Part shown: in pieces, positions 38,154 to 48,324 of the stretch
Layout of the letters: each line of letters begins with the position of its first letter
How positions within the stretch are numbered: position 1 is the first letter of the stretch
DNA from: an uncultured bacterium
Lineage (GTDB): Bacteria > Desulfobacterota_D > UBA1144 > Nemesobacterales > UBA2774
Assembly (NCBI GenBank): GCA_963705505.1
Contig: CAVPJU010000010.1
Span: forward strand, 32,001 to 96,000
DNA: 64,000 nucleotides
Reading direction: 5' to 3'
Program-made: the position numbers and the translations under genes
The notes under the pieces: generated by a model
The model's database searches: none
Told to the model about the DNA's origin: nothing
What the model saw: the letters and a program-made list of their open reading frames with translations, nothing else

Positions 38154-38810
38154 TTGAAAGCTGTATTGCTTCTCATAGCGCTTGCGGGTTTATGTTTTGC
38201 GGCATCGTGCTACGACTCTGAAGAAAAGGAGTCGAGCGTGATGAGGTTCCCGGTCTCGGACCAGGGTGAATTTAATGCGCTCGGAAACGCCGTGATCGAT
38301 AAGAACGTGACGAGCGACGGGAACGGCTCTCTCTCCGTAGATACTCAGTCGCCGGTGAGCATAGAGCTTTTCACGGTGGACGGCTCCGGCCTCGACCATA
38401 CACGCGCCGCTTATAAGGCCATGATCAAGACTGAAGGGCTGACTGCCGCAGGGGATACGAAGGGTATAGCGTATCTCGAAATGAAGGTGCGTTACCCCGG
38501 AGGGGAGGAGCTCGTTTCCCGCGGCCCGCGCATCCCGCCTACGGGGACGACCGATTGGATGCCGGCTGAAGCCGTGCTCTATGCGGATAAAGGCGTAAAA
38601 CCTGACAGGGTCTCGCTCTCTCTTGTGGTCGACGGGAAAGGGAAGGTCTGGATAGACGACGTAATGCTGGTCACGCAGCCCCTAAGGCTCGAGTACCTCT
38701 TTTGGGGGAACACTGTTGTCTGGATAGTACTAATTATATATATTTATCAACTACTCGCGAAACAAAAAAGGCTCCGAAGGGAGCTCGGCTCGATGAGTCA
38801 GGGAACTTAA
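38154..38810 (+). CDS. Lipoprotein with beta-rich periplasmic domain and CcmD-like C-terminal tail
   Basis: Probable TTG start 38154 gives a signal peptide ending ...FAASC. C-terminal YLFWGNTVVWIVLIIYIYQLLAKQKRLRREL resembles CcmD and lies directly before ccmE. Confidence 0.6.
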   Translation: MKAVLLLIALAGLCFAASCYDSEEKESSVMRFPVSDQGEFNALGNAVIDKNVTSDGNGSLSVDTQSPVSIELFTVDGSGLDHTRAAYKAMIKTEGLTAAGDTKGIAYLEMKVRYPGGEELVSRGPRIPPTGTTDWMPAEAVLYADKGVKPDRVSLSLVVDGKGKVWIDDVMLVTQPLRLEYLFWGNTVVWIVLIIYIYQLLAKQKRLRRELGSMSQGT

Positions 38811-38855
38811 GATAGAATTTTTTGTAACCCCGGTCGTGAAGCCAAGGGTGAGCGA

Positions 38856-39293
38856 ATGCTTAAAGGCAAATTAAAATTCATCGTAGCGATCGTCGTGATA
38901 GCGCTTGCCGTGAGCTATCTGGTTTACGGCGGCGTGAAGGACACCATGGTGTATTACCTCACCGTGAAGGAGCTCAAGAGCAGAGTCCCTTCTATCTACG
39001 GCGAGAAGATCAGGGTGTCGGGGAAGGTCGTGCCGGGGTCCATAAAGCACGGCGCGGACGGGGCGCTCGAGTTCAGCATCGCTGACGGCGGAGGGGATAT
39101 CGCTGTCGCTTACAGCGGGATCGTCCCCGATATCTTCAAGGATAACGTTGAAGCCGTCGTCGAAGGCGAGTACACTCCAAAGAACGTCTTTGAGGCGGAT
39201 GTGCTCCTGGCCAAGTGTCCGACGAAGTACGAATCGACCGAGGCGCTGTATAATAAACCGGCCTCGGAAAACAAAGGGGTAAAATCCTACTGA
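38856..39293 (+). CDS. ccmE: Cytochrome c maturation protein CcmE (CxxxY variant)
   Basis: YY.T..E, RV.G.V..GS, Y.G..PD.F, LAKCPTKY. Confidence 0.92.
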   Translation: MLKGKLKFIVAIVVIALAVSYLVYGGVKDTMVYYLTVKELKSRVPSIYGEKIRVSGKVVPGSIKHGADGALEFSIADGGGDIAVAYSGIVPDIFKDNVEAVVEGEYTPKNVFEADVLLAKCPTKYESTEALYNKPASENKGVKSY

Positions 39294-41299
39294 TGGTAGA
39301 GACAGGAAAGATATCAATATATCTGGCTTTCGCCGTATCCATCTATGTCGTATGCGCGTCGATTTACGGCGCGAGGACGGGGAAAGGCGATTTCATAAAC
39401 AGCGCCCGGAACGGAGCGCTGGCAGTGTGTTTTCTCCTCATCGTTGCCGCGGGCTCTCTCCTTCATTCTCTCGTAAACCTCGATTTCAGTCTCAAGTACG
39501 TGGCGCTTAACACGAGCACCGATCTCCCGGTGATATACAGGTTTACTTCGCTCTGGGCGGGACAGGCGGGCTCACTCCTCCTCTGGTCGCTCATCCTGTC
39601 CATATACACTGCTCTCGTCGTCCTTTCGACCAGAAACAGATCGAGGAAGCTCATGCCCTATGTCCTGGCCGTTCTCGCGGCCATATTAGTCTTCTTCACC
39701 TACATAGTAGGCTTCGTTGAAAACCCTTTCGAAAAGCTCCCCGTAGCTCCGCTTGAGGGCAGGGGGCTTAACCCCATTCTCCAGAACGCGTACATGGCTA
39801 TCCATCCGGTCACGCTTTACCTCGGCTACGTCGGCGTGAGCGTCCCGTTCGCGTTCGGCATGGGCGCGCTGCTGAGCGGTCAGCTCGGCGACGAATGGAT
39901 AAGATACTCCCGCAAATGGACCCTCCTCGCATGGACGTTCCTGAGCGTGGGGCTCCTGCTGGGCGCGCGCTGGGCTTACCTCGAGCTCGGGTGGGGAGGA
40001 TACTGGGCGTGGGACCCGGTGGAGAACGCGGCTTTCATGCCCTGGCTTGCGGGCACGGCTTTCCTCCACTCGGTCATGATCCAGGAAAAGAAGGGCATGC
40101 TCAAGAAATGGAACATGGTTCTGTTGATCATCACTTTCTTTCTCGCTATATTCGGCACATTCATAACGCGAAGCGGCGTCATATCGTCGGTCCACTCATT
40201 CGCGCAGAGCGATATAGGCCCGCTCTTTCTGGGCTTCATAGCATTCTTACTTCTTTTTTCGTTCGCCGTGTTCCTCTACCGGATGCGGGACCTCGAATCC
40301 GAAAACAAATTCGACTCGATACTTTCGAGGGAAAGCGCTTTCATATTCAATAACCTGCTTTTCCTGGGCGCCGCGTTCGCGGTTTTCCTGGGCACGATCT
40401 TCCCGATCATGTCGGAGGCCGTGACAGGGCATAAGATCCTCGTGGGCTCGCCGTATTTCAACAGGGTGAACGTTCCGATTGCGCTCGTGCTTATTTTCCT
40501 CATGGGCGTGGGTCCGCTCATATCATGGAGGAAGGCGTCTAAGGAAAACCTCATGAAAAACTTTTTCGTCCCCGTCCTCATAGGCGTGGTCACTGCCGTC
40601 GTGCTGCTGTCGATCGGGGTGAGGGATGTTTACGCGCTCCTCTCTTACGCGTTCTGCGCGTTCGTCACGGGGACGGTATTCACGGAGTTCTTCCGCGGGG
40701 TGCGGGTCAGGAGCGGGAGGGGCGAGAATCCGGCTCTCGCTTTCGTGCGTCTCGTGTCGAGGAACAAGAGGAGATACGGCGGCTACATTGTGCATATAGG
40801 CGTCGTATTGATAGTCCTGGGCATCACGTCTTCTTCCGTTTTCGTAACGGAGAAGCAGGCGACGCTCACGAAAGGGCAGTCGGTCGAGATAGGCGGATAT
40901 ACTCTCACGTACCGGGGGCTCGAGCAGTATACGACCGACGCAAAGAACGCCACAGTGGCCAAGCTCGACGGCTTTAAGAACGGAAAGGACATAGGTCTGA
41001 TAGCACCCGAAAAGAACGTCTATAAATACGAAGGGAACCGCGAGATAAACCAGGAGACCGAAGTCTCCCTGAGATCGACATTCACCGACGACCTCTATGT
41101 GATACTGATGAATTACAGCGGGGACGGCTCGGCGACCATCAGGGTCATAGTGAACCCTATGGTAAGCTGGATATGGGCGGGCGGACTCGTGCTGCTGATG
41201 GGGGCTATCGTAACCATGTGGCCCGGCGGACGGAAGGGGCGCGAGGAAGCTTTTGTCAGGTACACGTTAGGCGACAGTGACGGGACCGTAAAGGTGTAG
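39293..41299 (+). CDS. ccmF: Cytochrome c heme lyase CcmF
   Basis: W.GQ.GSLLLW, GLNP.LQ, HP..LY.GY, WAY.ELGWGGYWAWDPVEN, SVHSFA, GGY.VH.G. Confidence 0.95.
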   Translation: MVETGKISIYLAFAVSIYVVCASIYGARTGKGDFINSARNGALAVCFLLIVAAGSLLHSLVNLDFSLKYVALNTSTDLPVIYRFTSLWAGQAGSLLLWSLILSIYTALVVLSTRNRSRKLMPYVLAVLAAILVFFTYIVGFVENPFEKLPVAPLEGRGLNPILQNAYMAIHPVTLYLGYVGVSVPFAFGMGALLSGQLGDEWIRYSRKWTLLAWTFLSVGLLLGARWAYLELGWGGYWAWDPVENAAFMPWLAGTAFLHSVMIQEKKGMLKKWNMVLLIITFFLAIFGTFITRSGVISSVHSFAQSDIGPLFLGFIAFLLLFSFAVFLYRMRDLESENKFDSILSRESAFIFNNLLFLGAAFAVFLGTIFPIMSEAVTGHKILVGSPYFNRVNVPIALVLIFLMGVGPLISWRKASKENLMKNFFVPVLIGVVTAVVLLSIGVRDVYALLSYAFCAFVTGTVFTEFFRGVRVRSGRGENPALAFVRLVSRNKRRYGGYIVHIGVVLIVLGITSSSVFVTEKQATLTKGQSVEIGGYTLTYRGLEQYTTDAKNATVAKLDGFKNGKDIGLIAPEKNVYKYEGNREINQETEVSLRSTFTDDLYVILMNYSGDGSATIRVIVNPMVSWIWAGGLVLLMGAIVTMWPGGRKGREEAFVRYTLGDSDGTVKV

Positions 41300-41345
41300 A
41301 AATTCTTAGCAGCTGTATTCAGCACAATTCATAAAAGGGATTAAA

Positions 41346-41885
41346 TTGGAAATTATACTGGCTTTAGTTATAGCTGCGCTTGCGGCTCTTTTTATTTCGA
41401 TGCCCTTTTTCTTCAGGAGTAAAAAAAGATTCGGAGCGGAATATTTCCCCGACCCGCGCCAGGAGAAGCTGAAGGCGCTCCTTTCTCAAAAGGATTCCCT
41501 CCTCACGGCGATAAAGGATATCGAGTTCGATCACGGACTCGGAAAATTGTCGGGGGAGGATTTCGAGGAGCTGCACGGGAAGTACAGGAGCGAAGCCGCC
41601 CTGGTGCTGAAACAGATAGACTCTCTCGGCAAAGGAGACGCGGCGGTCGACGATTATGACGATATAGAGAAGGAAATCAGGGCGGAGCGGATGAAGTTTC
41701 TGACGTCTTACGATGACGAAGAGCTTGAGAAGGAGATACTGCGCGCACGCGAGGCAACATGGAATGCCGGCGGCGGAACGGTATTCTGTTCCAAATGCGG
41801 GAGCGCCTGCGAGGAGCAGGATCTCTACTGCTCAAAATGCGGCGCAAAGCTAAAGAATATTACGGAGAATAAAAATGCAGGGTAG
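41346..41885 (+). CDS. CcmI-N-like membrane protein with C-terminal double zinc ribbon
   Basis: N-terminal TM; IKDIEFD..LGKLS.EDF..L; C-terminal CSKCG...YCSKCG. Confidence 0.65.
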   Translation: MEIILALVIAALAALFISMPFFFRSKKRFGAEYFPDPRQEKLKALLSQKDSLLTAIKDIEFDHGLGKLSGEDFEELHGKYRSEAALVLKQIDSLGKGDAAVDDYDDIEKEIRAERMKFLTSYDDEELEKEILRAREATWNAGGGTVFCSKCGSACEEQDLYCSKCGAKLKNITENKNAG

Positions 41886-43338
41886 GTCAGGCGCGTTCAT
41901 CCTCACGTTTACTTTTCTGGCACTCTTGTTCATCCCCGGTGTATACAGGTCCTACGCCCAGAACCCGCACGATATGGACAAGATGGGGAAGGACCTTTTT
42001 ATAGAGAACCGCTGCGTCAGATGCCATACGATAGGGAGGGGGAGGTTTGTGGGCCCCGATTTGAACGGCGTCGGCCAAAGGTACAACCGGGACGAGTTAA
42101 TCAAATGGATCGAGAACCCGCAGGCGGTCTATCAGTCAACGGGCAAGATGCCCATGAATGAAGGCTATCCTCCCATGCCCCCGATGGACATCAACCCGAT
42201 GGTGGCACAGGCCATAGCGGATTATCTCCTCGCTGTCAAAGTGAAGCCCGACACGGGGAAGGGCGGGACTATTATCGGAAAGGTGCTCAATAAGACCGAG
42301 AACACTGCAGTCCCCGACATAAAAGTCACGCTCGTGTCCTATATGGGAGATAAGGAAACGGGCAGGACGGATTCCAAAACTTCAAAGGACGGCAGCTTCT
42401 CGTTCACGGCCCTGCCCTGGGACAGGAGCTACGCGGTCACTATCGAATACGACAGCGCCGAGTACTCTACCGATAAGATGGTCTTCTATCCGGACGAGGA
42501 GACGAAGACGCTCGACTTGCCCGTGTACGCACCCACGACGAGCGGAGATAGTATAGGCGTGACCGAAGCTCACATGATAGTTCAGGTGGTCGAGGGAGGC
42601 CTTTCTATAGCCGACCTCTCGGTCTTCGACAATAAAGGGGATAAGATGTATGTGGGAAGCGGGGAGCTCGCCGACGGAAAGAAGGAGACGCTGAAATTCA
42701 GCGTCCCGCCGGACGCGGCTAATATTAATTTCATAAGCGGCCTCGCGCCCGAAAGCATTGTGAGGACACCGTCGGGCTTCTCCGATACCGGGAGCGTTGC
42801 CCCGGGATCCAAAAGAATTGTATTTGCATATACGCTGCCGCTCGGCTCCGGCAGCGGATCAGTGGAGAAGACGATAGAATACCCCACCGAGAAGTTCCTG
42901 CTCCTCGTATCGAAATCGAATGACACAGTCACGGTCGAGGGCCTCAGCGGAGGCGATACCGTGCAGATAGAGAAGGAGGATTTCATCAGGTGGTCGGGCG
43001 AGAACCTGAAGCCGGGACAGAAGTTTACGGTCAGGTTTGTGAACCCGACCGCGTGGAAGGAGTATATCAAGTGGGGAGCAATAGGGCTTTTAATTCTCGT
43101 CGTCGGAGGAGGAATAATTTATTCCTCGTTTGCGCGGGGCGGGAGTAAAGATGCCGACGAAGAGAAAAAGAACGGACGGAGAGAATCGCTCATGGAGAGG
43201 AGGAGCCATCTGGTAAAGGAGATAGCGGCTCTTGACGACGGATACGAAGCGGGGCGTATCGACGAAACGGCTTATAAGGAACTCAGGGAATCTAAGAAGG
43301 CGGAGCTTCTTGAAGTTACACGGAGACTGCGATTTTGA
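41875..43338 (+). CDS. Monoheme cytochrome c fused to carboxypeptidase-regulatory-like beta domains, TM and SHOCT-like tail
   Basis: Signal peptide; CVRCH...GPDL...MPP; GTI.GKV.N.T...T..DG.F.F; C-terminal TM then IAALDD.YEAG.IDE..Y. Confidence 0.75.
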   Translation: MQGRSGAFILTFTFLALLFIPGVYRSYAQNPHDMDKMGKDLFIENRCVRCHTIGRGRFVGPDLNGVGQRYNRDELIKWIENPQAVYQSTGKMPMNEGYPPMPPMDINPMVAQAIADYLLAVKVKPDTGKGGTIIGKVLNKTENTAVPDIKVTLVSYMGDKETGRTDSKTSKDGSFSFTALPWDRSYAVTIEYDSAEYSTDKMVFYPDEETKTLDLPVYAPTTSGDSIGVTEAHMIVQVVEGGLSIADLSVFDNKGDKMYVGSGELADGKKETLKFSVPPDAANINFISGLAPESIVRTPSGFSDTGSVAPGSKRIVFAYTLPLGSGSGSVEKTIEYPTEKFLLLVSKSNDTVTVEGLSGGDTVQIEKEDFIRWSGENLKPGQKFTVRFVNPTAWKEYIKWGAIGLLILVVGGGIIYSSFARGGSKDADEEKKNGRRESLMERRSHLVKEIAALDDGYEAGRIDETAYKELRESKKAELLEVTRRLRF

Positions 43339-44061
43339 TCACAAGTCTCCATGATGAAACTGGATTATAGAAAGAACCGCGATGCTTGCGGTTTCCGTTC
43401 TAAGAGTCCTGGGACCCAGACCCAGGGGGGTAAAACCCATTTCACTAGCAAGGAGGACTTCCTTTTCCGAAAATCCACCTTCCGGTCCTATCAATACTAT
43501 AATATTTTTAGGAAGTTGTAAAGAGTATTTTAGATGATCTTTGATGGAATGTTCATAATTAACATGGAATATCAGTGATAAGTCGCTCATATTCTTATAG
43601 TTTAATGCCTCAGAAAAATTTAAAGTATTTTCTATGATTGCCGGTCTGGTCCTTCCGCACTGCTTTGAGGCCTCAAGCGCGATCCTCTCCCATCTCTTTT
43701 TTTTATCCGCCGTCCTCACCTGCGACCTTTCGGTTATTACGGGCACGATTGTATGTACGCCTAACTCCGTCGCCTTCTCCACTATGTAGTCCATCTTGTC
43801 TCCCTTCGTGAGCCCCTGAAGAAGGGTAATATTAAGCGGGGAATCGGTCGTCACTTTCCGGGACGAAATGATATCGATGACTATCTCTTTGCTTCCGATC
43901 CCGGCTATCTTCCCGGTGTATTCCCTGGAGCACTCATCGAAGAGCGTTATGGTGTCTCCTTCCCTGAGTCTCAGCACCTTCACGATGTGTTTGTAATCGG
44001 TGCCGGAGATGAGCGCCTTATCACCTTCTATGTTTTTTTCTTTTATCGGGAATCTCGGCAT
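43339..44061 (-). CDS. rsmE: 16S rRNA m3U1498 methyltransferase
   Basis: H..KVLRL, K.DKMD..VEKATELGV, EASKQCGR, IGPEGGF, LG.R.LR.ETA. Confidence 0.95.
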   Translation of the reverse strand: MPRFPIKEKNIEGDKALISGTDYKHIVKVLRLREGDTITLFDECSREYTGKIAGIGSKEIVIDIISSRKVTTDSPLNITLLQGLTKGDKMDYIVEKATELGVHTIVPVITERSQVRTADKKKRWERIALEASKQCGRTRPAIIENTLNFSEALNYKNMSDLSLIFHVNYEHSIKDHLKYSLQLPKNIIVLIGPEGGFSEKEVLLASEMGFTPLGLGPRTLRTETASIAVLSIIQFHHGDL

Positions 44062-44138
44062 CGTTTATGCTGGAATCAGGAATGTGTTTTTATGAGACGG
44101 TTATTGTGACAGGGCCCAGCTCACCACATCCGCGGCTT

Positions 44139-45677
44139 TTATTTTTTCTGCTTCTCATGTGTAACGAAGTACTCCGCGATCTCTTCCGCGAGCTTATCGA
44201 CTGTATATTCGGGTGCGGTTATCTGAGCGACGTATCCGGCGTCCCTGAGCGTCTTCGCTGTTATCGGCCCGATGCATGCGACGGCGGGGCGTCCTGATGC
44301 GGGTCTGAATCCGGGAAATATCGAGAGGAAGTTCCTCACGGTGGATGAGCTGGTGAATGTAACTGCATCTATCATGTTCCGCTCAAGCATATTTTTTATT
44401 TTCTCCGATTTCTTCTTTCCGGGCTTCCTCGTCTCATAAGCCGTCACTACATCGACCGCGGCTCCCATCTCTCCGAGCGTGACGGGCAGGACGTCGCGCG
44501 CTTTGCTCGCCCTCGGTATCAGTATCCGCTTGCCCTTTACATTTTCCTTCCCGAACCTTTCTATGAGTCCCTCGGCCCTGTACTCGCCGGGAATGATCTC
44601 CACATCGATGCCTTTCTTCCCGATCTCTCCCGCGGTGACTTCACCGATCGCGGCTATCCTGATGCCGTAGAGCGCCCTCACGTCCTTCCCCGAGAGCCTG
44701 AGCCTCTCGAAGAACTTTCCCACGCCGTTTACACTCGTGAATACAATCCAGTCATAACTCGCGAGACTGCCGATAGCCCTGTCGAGGGCCTTAAAGCTTT
44801 TGGGAGGGGCTATCTCTATGACGGGGAACTCTATGACCTCCGCTCCCTTTTCTTCGAGCAGCCTGACGAAGGACTCCGCCTGCTCCCTCGCCCTCGTGAC
44901 TATGACCCTCTTTCCGAAGAGCGGTTTCCGCTCGTACCAGTTTATTATTTCTCTTAGATTTATGACTTCCCCCGTGACGACTATCGCGGGAGAGATAATG
45001 TCCTTCCTATCTTTCACGGATCGCGCGATGTCCCCGACAGTCCCTGTAACGACTGCCTGCGCCGGGTATGTCCCCCACGTGATGACCGCAGCGGGAGTGC
45101 CGGAAGGCTTCCCGGAATCCATGAGCTTCCGCATGTTTTTTTCGATGTTCCTCACTCCCATGAGGAATACCACCGTGCCTATTTTCGCGAGCGCATCCCA
45201 GGGGATGTTCGATTCCTCCTTCCCCGGGTCTTCGTGCCCGGTGACTACCGCGAAGGATGAAGTGACGTCCCTGTGCGTAAGGGGTATGCCCGCATACGCC
45301 GGGACCGCGGAGGCGGAAGAGACTCCGGGCACTATCTCGAAAGGGACTCCTTTCTTCGCGAGCGCCTCTGCTTCCTCTCCGCCCCTCCCGAATATGAAAG
45401 GGTCCCCGCCCTTCAAGCGCGCGACAGTCTTTCCCTTTTTCGCCCGCGCGACCAGAAGCCTGTTTATCTCGCCTTGTGACATCTCCTTTGCGCCTGCTTT
45501 CTTGCCTACGTAAATCACCTCCGCGCTCGTTCGGGCGAATGAGAGCAGCCTCCGGTTGACGAGGTAGTCGTATACGATTACGTCTGATTTCTCGAGTATT
45601 TCTTTTCCTCTGAGAGTGAGGAGGCCCGGGTCTCCGGGTCCAGCGCCTATCAGATATACGGTTCCGGCTTTAGACAT
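44139..45677 (-). CDS. cobA: Uroporphyrinogen-III C-methyltransferase / uroporphyrinogen-III synthase fusion (CobA-HemD)
   Basis: GAGPGDPGL, RLKGGDPFIFGRGGEE, then HemD motifs VTR, FTSVNGV, FTSSSTV, CIGP.T. Confidence 0.92.
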   Translation of the reverse strand: MSKAGTVYLIGAGPGDPGLLTLRGKEILEKSDVIVYDYLVNRRLLSFARTSAEVIYVGKKAGAKEMSQGEINRLLVARAKKGKTVARLKGGDPFIFGRGGEEAEALAKKGVPFEIVPGVSSASAVPAYAGIPLTHRDVTSSFAVVTGHEDPGKEESNIPWDALAKIGTVVFLMGVRNIEKNMRKLMDSGKPSGTPAAVITWGTYPAQAVVTGTVGDIARSVKDRKDIISPAIVVTGEVINLREIINWYERKPLFGKRVIVTRAREQAESFVRLLEEKGAEVIEFPVIEIAPPKSFKALDRAIGSLASYDWIVFTSVNGVGKFFERLRLSGKDVRALYGIRIAAIGEVTAGEIGKKGIDVEIIPGEYRAEGLIERFGKENVKGKRILIPRASKARDVLPVTLGEMGAAVDVVTAYETRKPGKKKSEKIKNMLERNMIDAVTFTSSSTVRNFLSIFPGFRPASGRPAVACIGPITAKTLRDAGYVAQITAPEYTVDKLAEEIAEYFVTHEKQKK

Positions 45678-45851
45678 GACGATCAGTAAAGAAAACCGAA
45701 GGGGTGCTCCATTGTCAAGAAATTTCTCAGGCGCTTTAAATAGTGCCTGATATATGTATTATATTAGCGCTTGCCCGATAATTCTGTATGATAATATTAA
45801 GTTATTCCTGGGAATCAGAATACACGATAACTTTTTGGGCGGAGGCGAACT

Positions 45852-46442
45852 ATGCTCGTTAAAGACTTCATGACACCCGATCCGATTACCGTTACATCCG
45901 ATAAAAGGGCGGACGAAACCCTCGAGATGATGAGGAGCCTCAATTTCAGGCAGTGCCCTGTCGTCGAGGGCGGAAAGCTTGTGGGGATAGTGACACAGCG
46001 TGATATACGGGCGGCGCTCGTTCAAGGCGGCAACCTCAAGGTCGGCGATATTATGGCCAGGAACCCGATAACGATACTCGATTACGCTTCCGTCGAGGGC
46101 GCGGCCGAGATCATAAGGAGCGGCAAGTTCAACGCCCTCCCCGTCGTCTCGAACAGGGGAGACCTGGTCGGTATTCTGACCGTCACCGACCTGCTCGACG
46201 CATTACTCAGGATGCTGGGGTTCCATGAAAAACCCCAGAGGCTCGAAGTCCAGATGCCTGACGGCATAGGCCTCTTCGACGTGCTGCATGTAATCCAGAA
46301 CAATTCGGAGAAGGTGCTCTCTTTCAGCGCCGCGCCCGAGAACCGGAAGCTCTACTATTTCTGGGTGGTCAACTGCAACTTCGGCGAGACCGAGAAAGCG
46401 CTCCGTAAAATGGATACCAAAATAAGCACGATCAATTCGTGA
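45852..46442 (+). CDS. CBS-pair protein (AcuB-like)
   Basis: Two CBS repeats (M..DPIT, LVGIVT.RD, LPVV, GILT.TD) plus an ACT-like tail. Confidence 0.8.
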   Translation: MLVKDFMTPDPITVTSDKRADETLEMMRSLNFRQCPVVEGGKLVGIVTQRDIRAALVQGGNLKVGDIMARNPITILDYASVEGAAEIIRSGKFNALPVVSNRGDLVGILTVTDLLDALLRMLGFHEKPQRLEVQMPDGIGLFDVLHVIQNNSEKVLSFSAAPENRKLYYFWVVNCNFGETEKALRKMDTKISTINS

Positions 46443-46524
46443 GGTGTCTATTCAGTGATATGAACGCCTGCGGAACTTCTGGTATAATACAAAAAGGCCG
46501 GTAGATAAAAGGGTCCTTTCTGTC

Positions 46525-46899
46525 ATGGAAGCGGAACAGTACGAATTCATTCTGGATCACTATAAAAACCCGAGAAACTACGGAACGATAGAAGACGCGG
46601 ACGCCTCCTTTGAAGAGGGGATACCTTCCTGCGGGGACGTCGTAAGACTAGACCTCAAGCTCAGGGACGGCAGGGTTGAGGACATAAAATTCTCGGGGAA
46701 AGGATGCGCAATAAGCCAGGCTTCCGTTTCCATACTTACTGAAAACGTGCGTGGTAAAACGGTGGAAGAAATATTATCGTTAAAAGACGAAGAGATGCTG
46801 GGCGCTCTCGGAAAGCCGATCTCGCCCGTCAGGTTCAAATGCGCTCTCCTGGGAGTGAAAGTTCTCAAAAAAGCGCTCCTCGCCAAACGGGCGCCCTGA
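46525..46899 (+). CDS. sufU: SufU/IscU-type Fe-S scaffold / sulfur acceptor
   Basis: ILDHYKNPRN.G, CGD, GCAISQAS, R.KCA. Confidence 0.88.
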   Translation: MEAEQYEFILDHYKNPRNYGTIEDADASFEEGIPSCGDVVRLDLKLRDGRVEDIKFSGKGCAISQASVSILTENVRGKTVEEILSLKDEEMLGALGKPISPVRFKCALLGVKVLKKALLAKRAP

Positions 46900-46938
46900 G
46901 CTTCCATTCCGCGATAAAACCCGGATTCATGAAACCTT

Positions 46939-48186
46939 ATGGAAAGAGCAGCAGATAAAAAGACAGTTTTCGACCCGCTCAGGCTGAGGGAGGATTTCCC
47001 CATTCTCGGGCGGAAGGTAAACGGCAAGCCGCTCGTCTATCTCGACAACGCCGCCACGACGCAGAAACCGAAGCCTGTCATCGATACCTTAAAGAATTAC
47101 TACGAGACGCATAACTCCAATATCCACAGGGGCGTCCACACCCTGAGCTACGAATCCACCGTCTTGTACGAGGATGCGCACAAGAAGGTCGCCGGGTTCA
47201 TAGGGGCTCCCGACTGGCGCAGCATCGTATTTACGAGGAACACTACAGAATCGATAAACCTCGTCGCGTACGCGTGGGGGCTTCGTAATTTAAAAGAGGG
47301 TGACGAGGTCCTAATAACGCTGATGGAGCACCACTCGAATATAGTCCCGTGGCAGATGCTCCGCGATAGAATAGGCGTCAAGCTGAATTTTCTTCCCATA
47401 GACGGCCGCGGCAACCTGAATCTGGACGAGCTTCCTCGGCTCCTCAATGAGAGAACCAAGCTCGTGGGCATCGTACACGCCTCTAACGTGCTGGGCACTA
47501 TAAATCCGGTAAAGCGCATCGCCGAAGAGGCACGGAAGGTCCGGGCGCTCGTGTTGATAGACGCGGCTCAGTCGGTCCCTCACCTGCCCGTCGACGTAAC
47601 GGACATAGGCTGTGATTTCCTCGCGGCTTCCGGGCACAAGATGATGGGACCCACGGGCACGGGGTTCCTGTACGGGAGGCCCGAGCTGCTGGAAGGGATG
47701 GAGCCTTTCCTTTACGGCGGGGACATGATAGAAAAGGTCACGATTGAAAAGTCCACATGGAACGAGCTCCCCTGGAAGTTCGAGGCAGGCACACCGGACA
47801 TAGGCGGAGGCATAGCTTTAGGCGCGGCGGTCGATTACCTCGAAAGCGTAGGTCTTGATAACATTATGGCCCACGAAGAGGAACTCCTCAGATACGCGCT
47901 TGAAAAACTTTCAGAGCATGAATGGATAAAGATATACGGGCACGGGAATGGCGAAAGGGTAGGTGTCATATCCTTTAACGTCGAGGGCATCCACCCCCAC
48001 GATGTGGCCGGCATACTCGACGAAGATGGTATAGCCGTCCGCTCCGGTCACCACTGCGCCCAGCCTCTCATGGCGGAATTAGGCATGGACTACACGGTCC
48101 GCATGAGCTTTTACCTCTACAACACGAAAGACGAGATAGACCTCGCCGTCCGGGCGCTCAAGAGGGCGAAAAAGATTTTCGGATAA
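46939..48186 (+). CDS. sufS: SufS-type cysteine desulfurase
   Basis: YLDNAATTQKP, EHHSN, SGHKM, RSGHHCAQP. Confidence 0.95.
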   Translation: MERAADKKTVFDPLRLREDFPILGRKVNGKPLVYLDNAATTQKPKPVIDTLKNYYETHNSNIHRGVHTLSYESTVLYEDAHKKVAGFIGAPDWRSIVFTRNTTESINLVAYAWGLRNLKEGDEVLITLMEHHSNIVPWQMLRDRIGVKLNFLPIDGRGNLNLDELPRLLNERTKLVGIVHASNVLGTINPVKRIAEEARKVRALVLIDAAQSVPHLPVDVTDIGCDFLAASGHKMMGPTGTGFLYGRPELLEGMEPFLYGGDMIEKVTIEKSTWNELPWKFEAGTPDIGGGIALGAAVDYLESVGLDNIMAHEEELLRYALEKLSEHEWIKIYGHGNGERVGVISFNVEGIHPHDVAGILDEDGIAVRSGHHCAQPLMAELGMDYTVRMSFYLYNTKDEIDLAVRALKRAKKIFG

Positions 48187-48324
48187 CCTCAGCTCATTCG
48201 AATTCATCTAAATTAAATTCCCATCATTTCCATTCTCCGGAACTCCCGGCGAACATTACCTCTCTTGGGTTACAGAGCCGCAGTCTGCGGCTTCTTCCGA
48301 CATGTTCTTACCCTTCCCAATACC

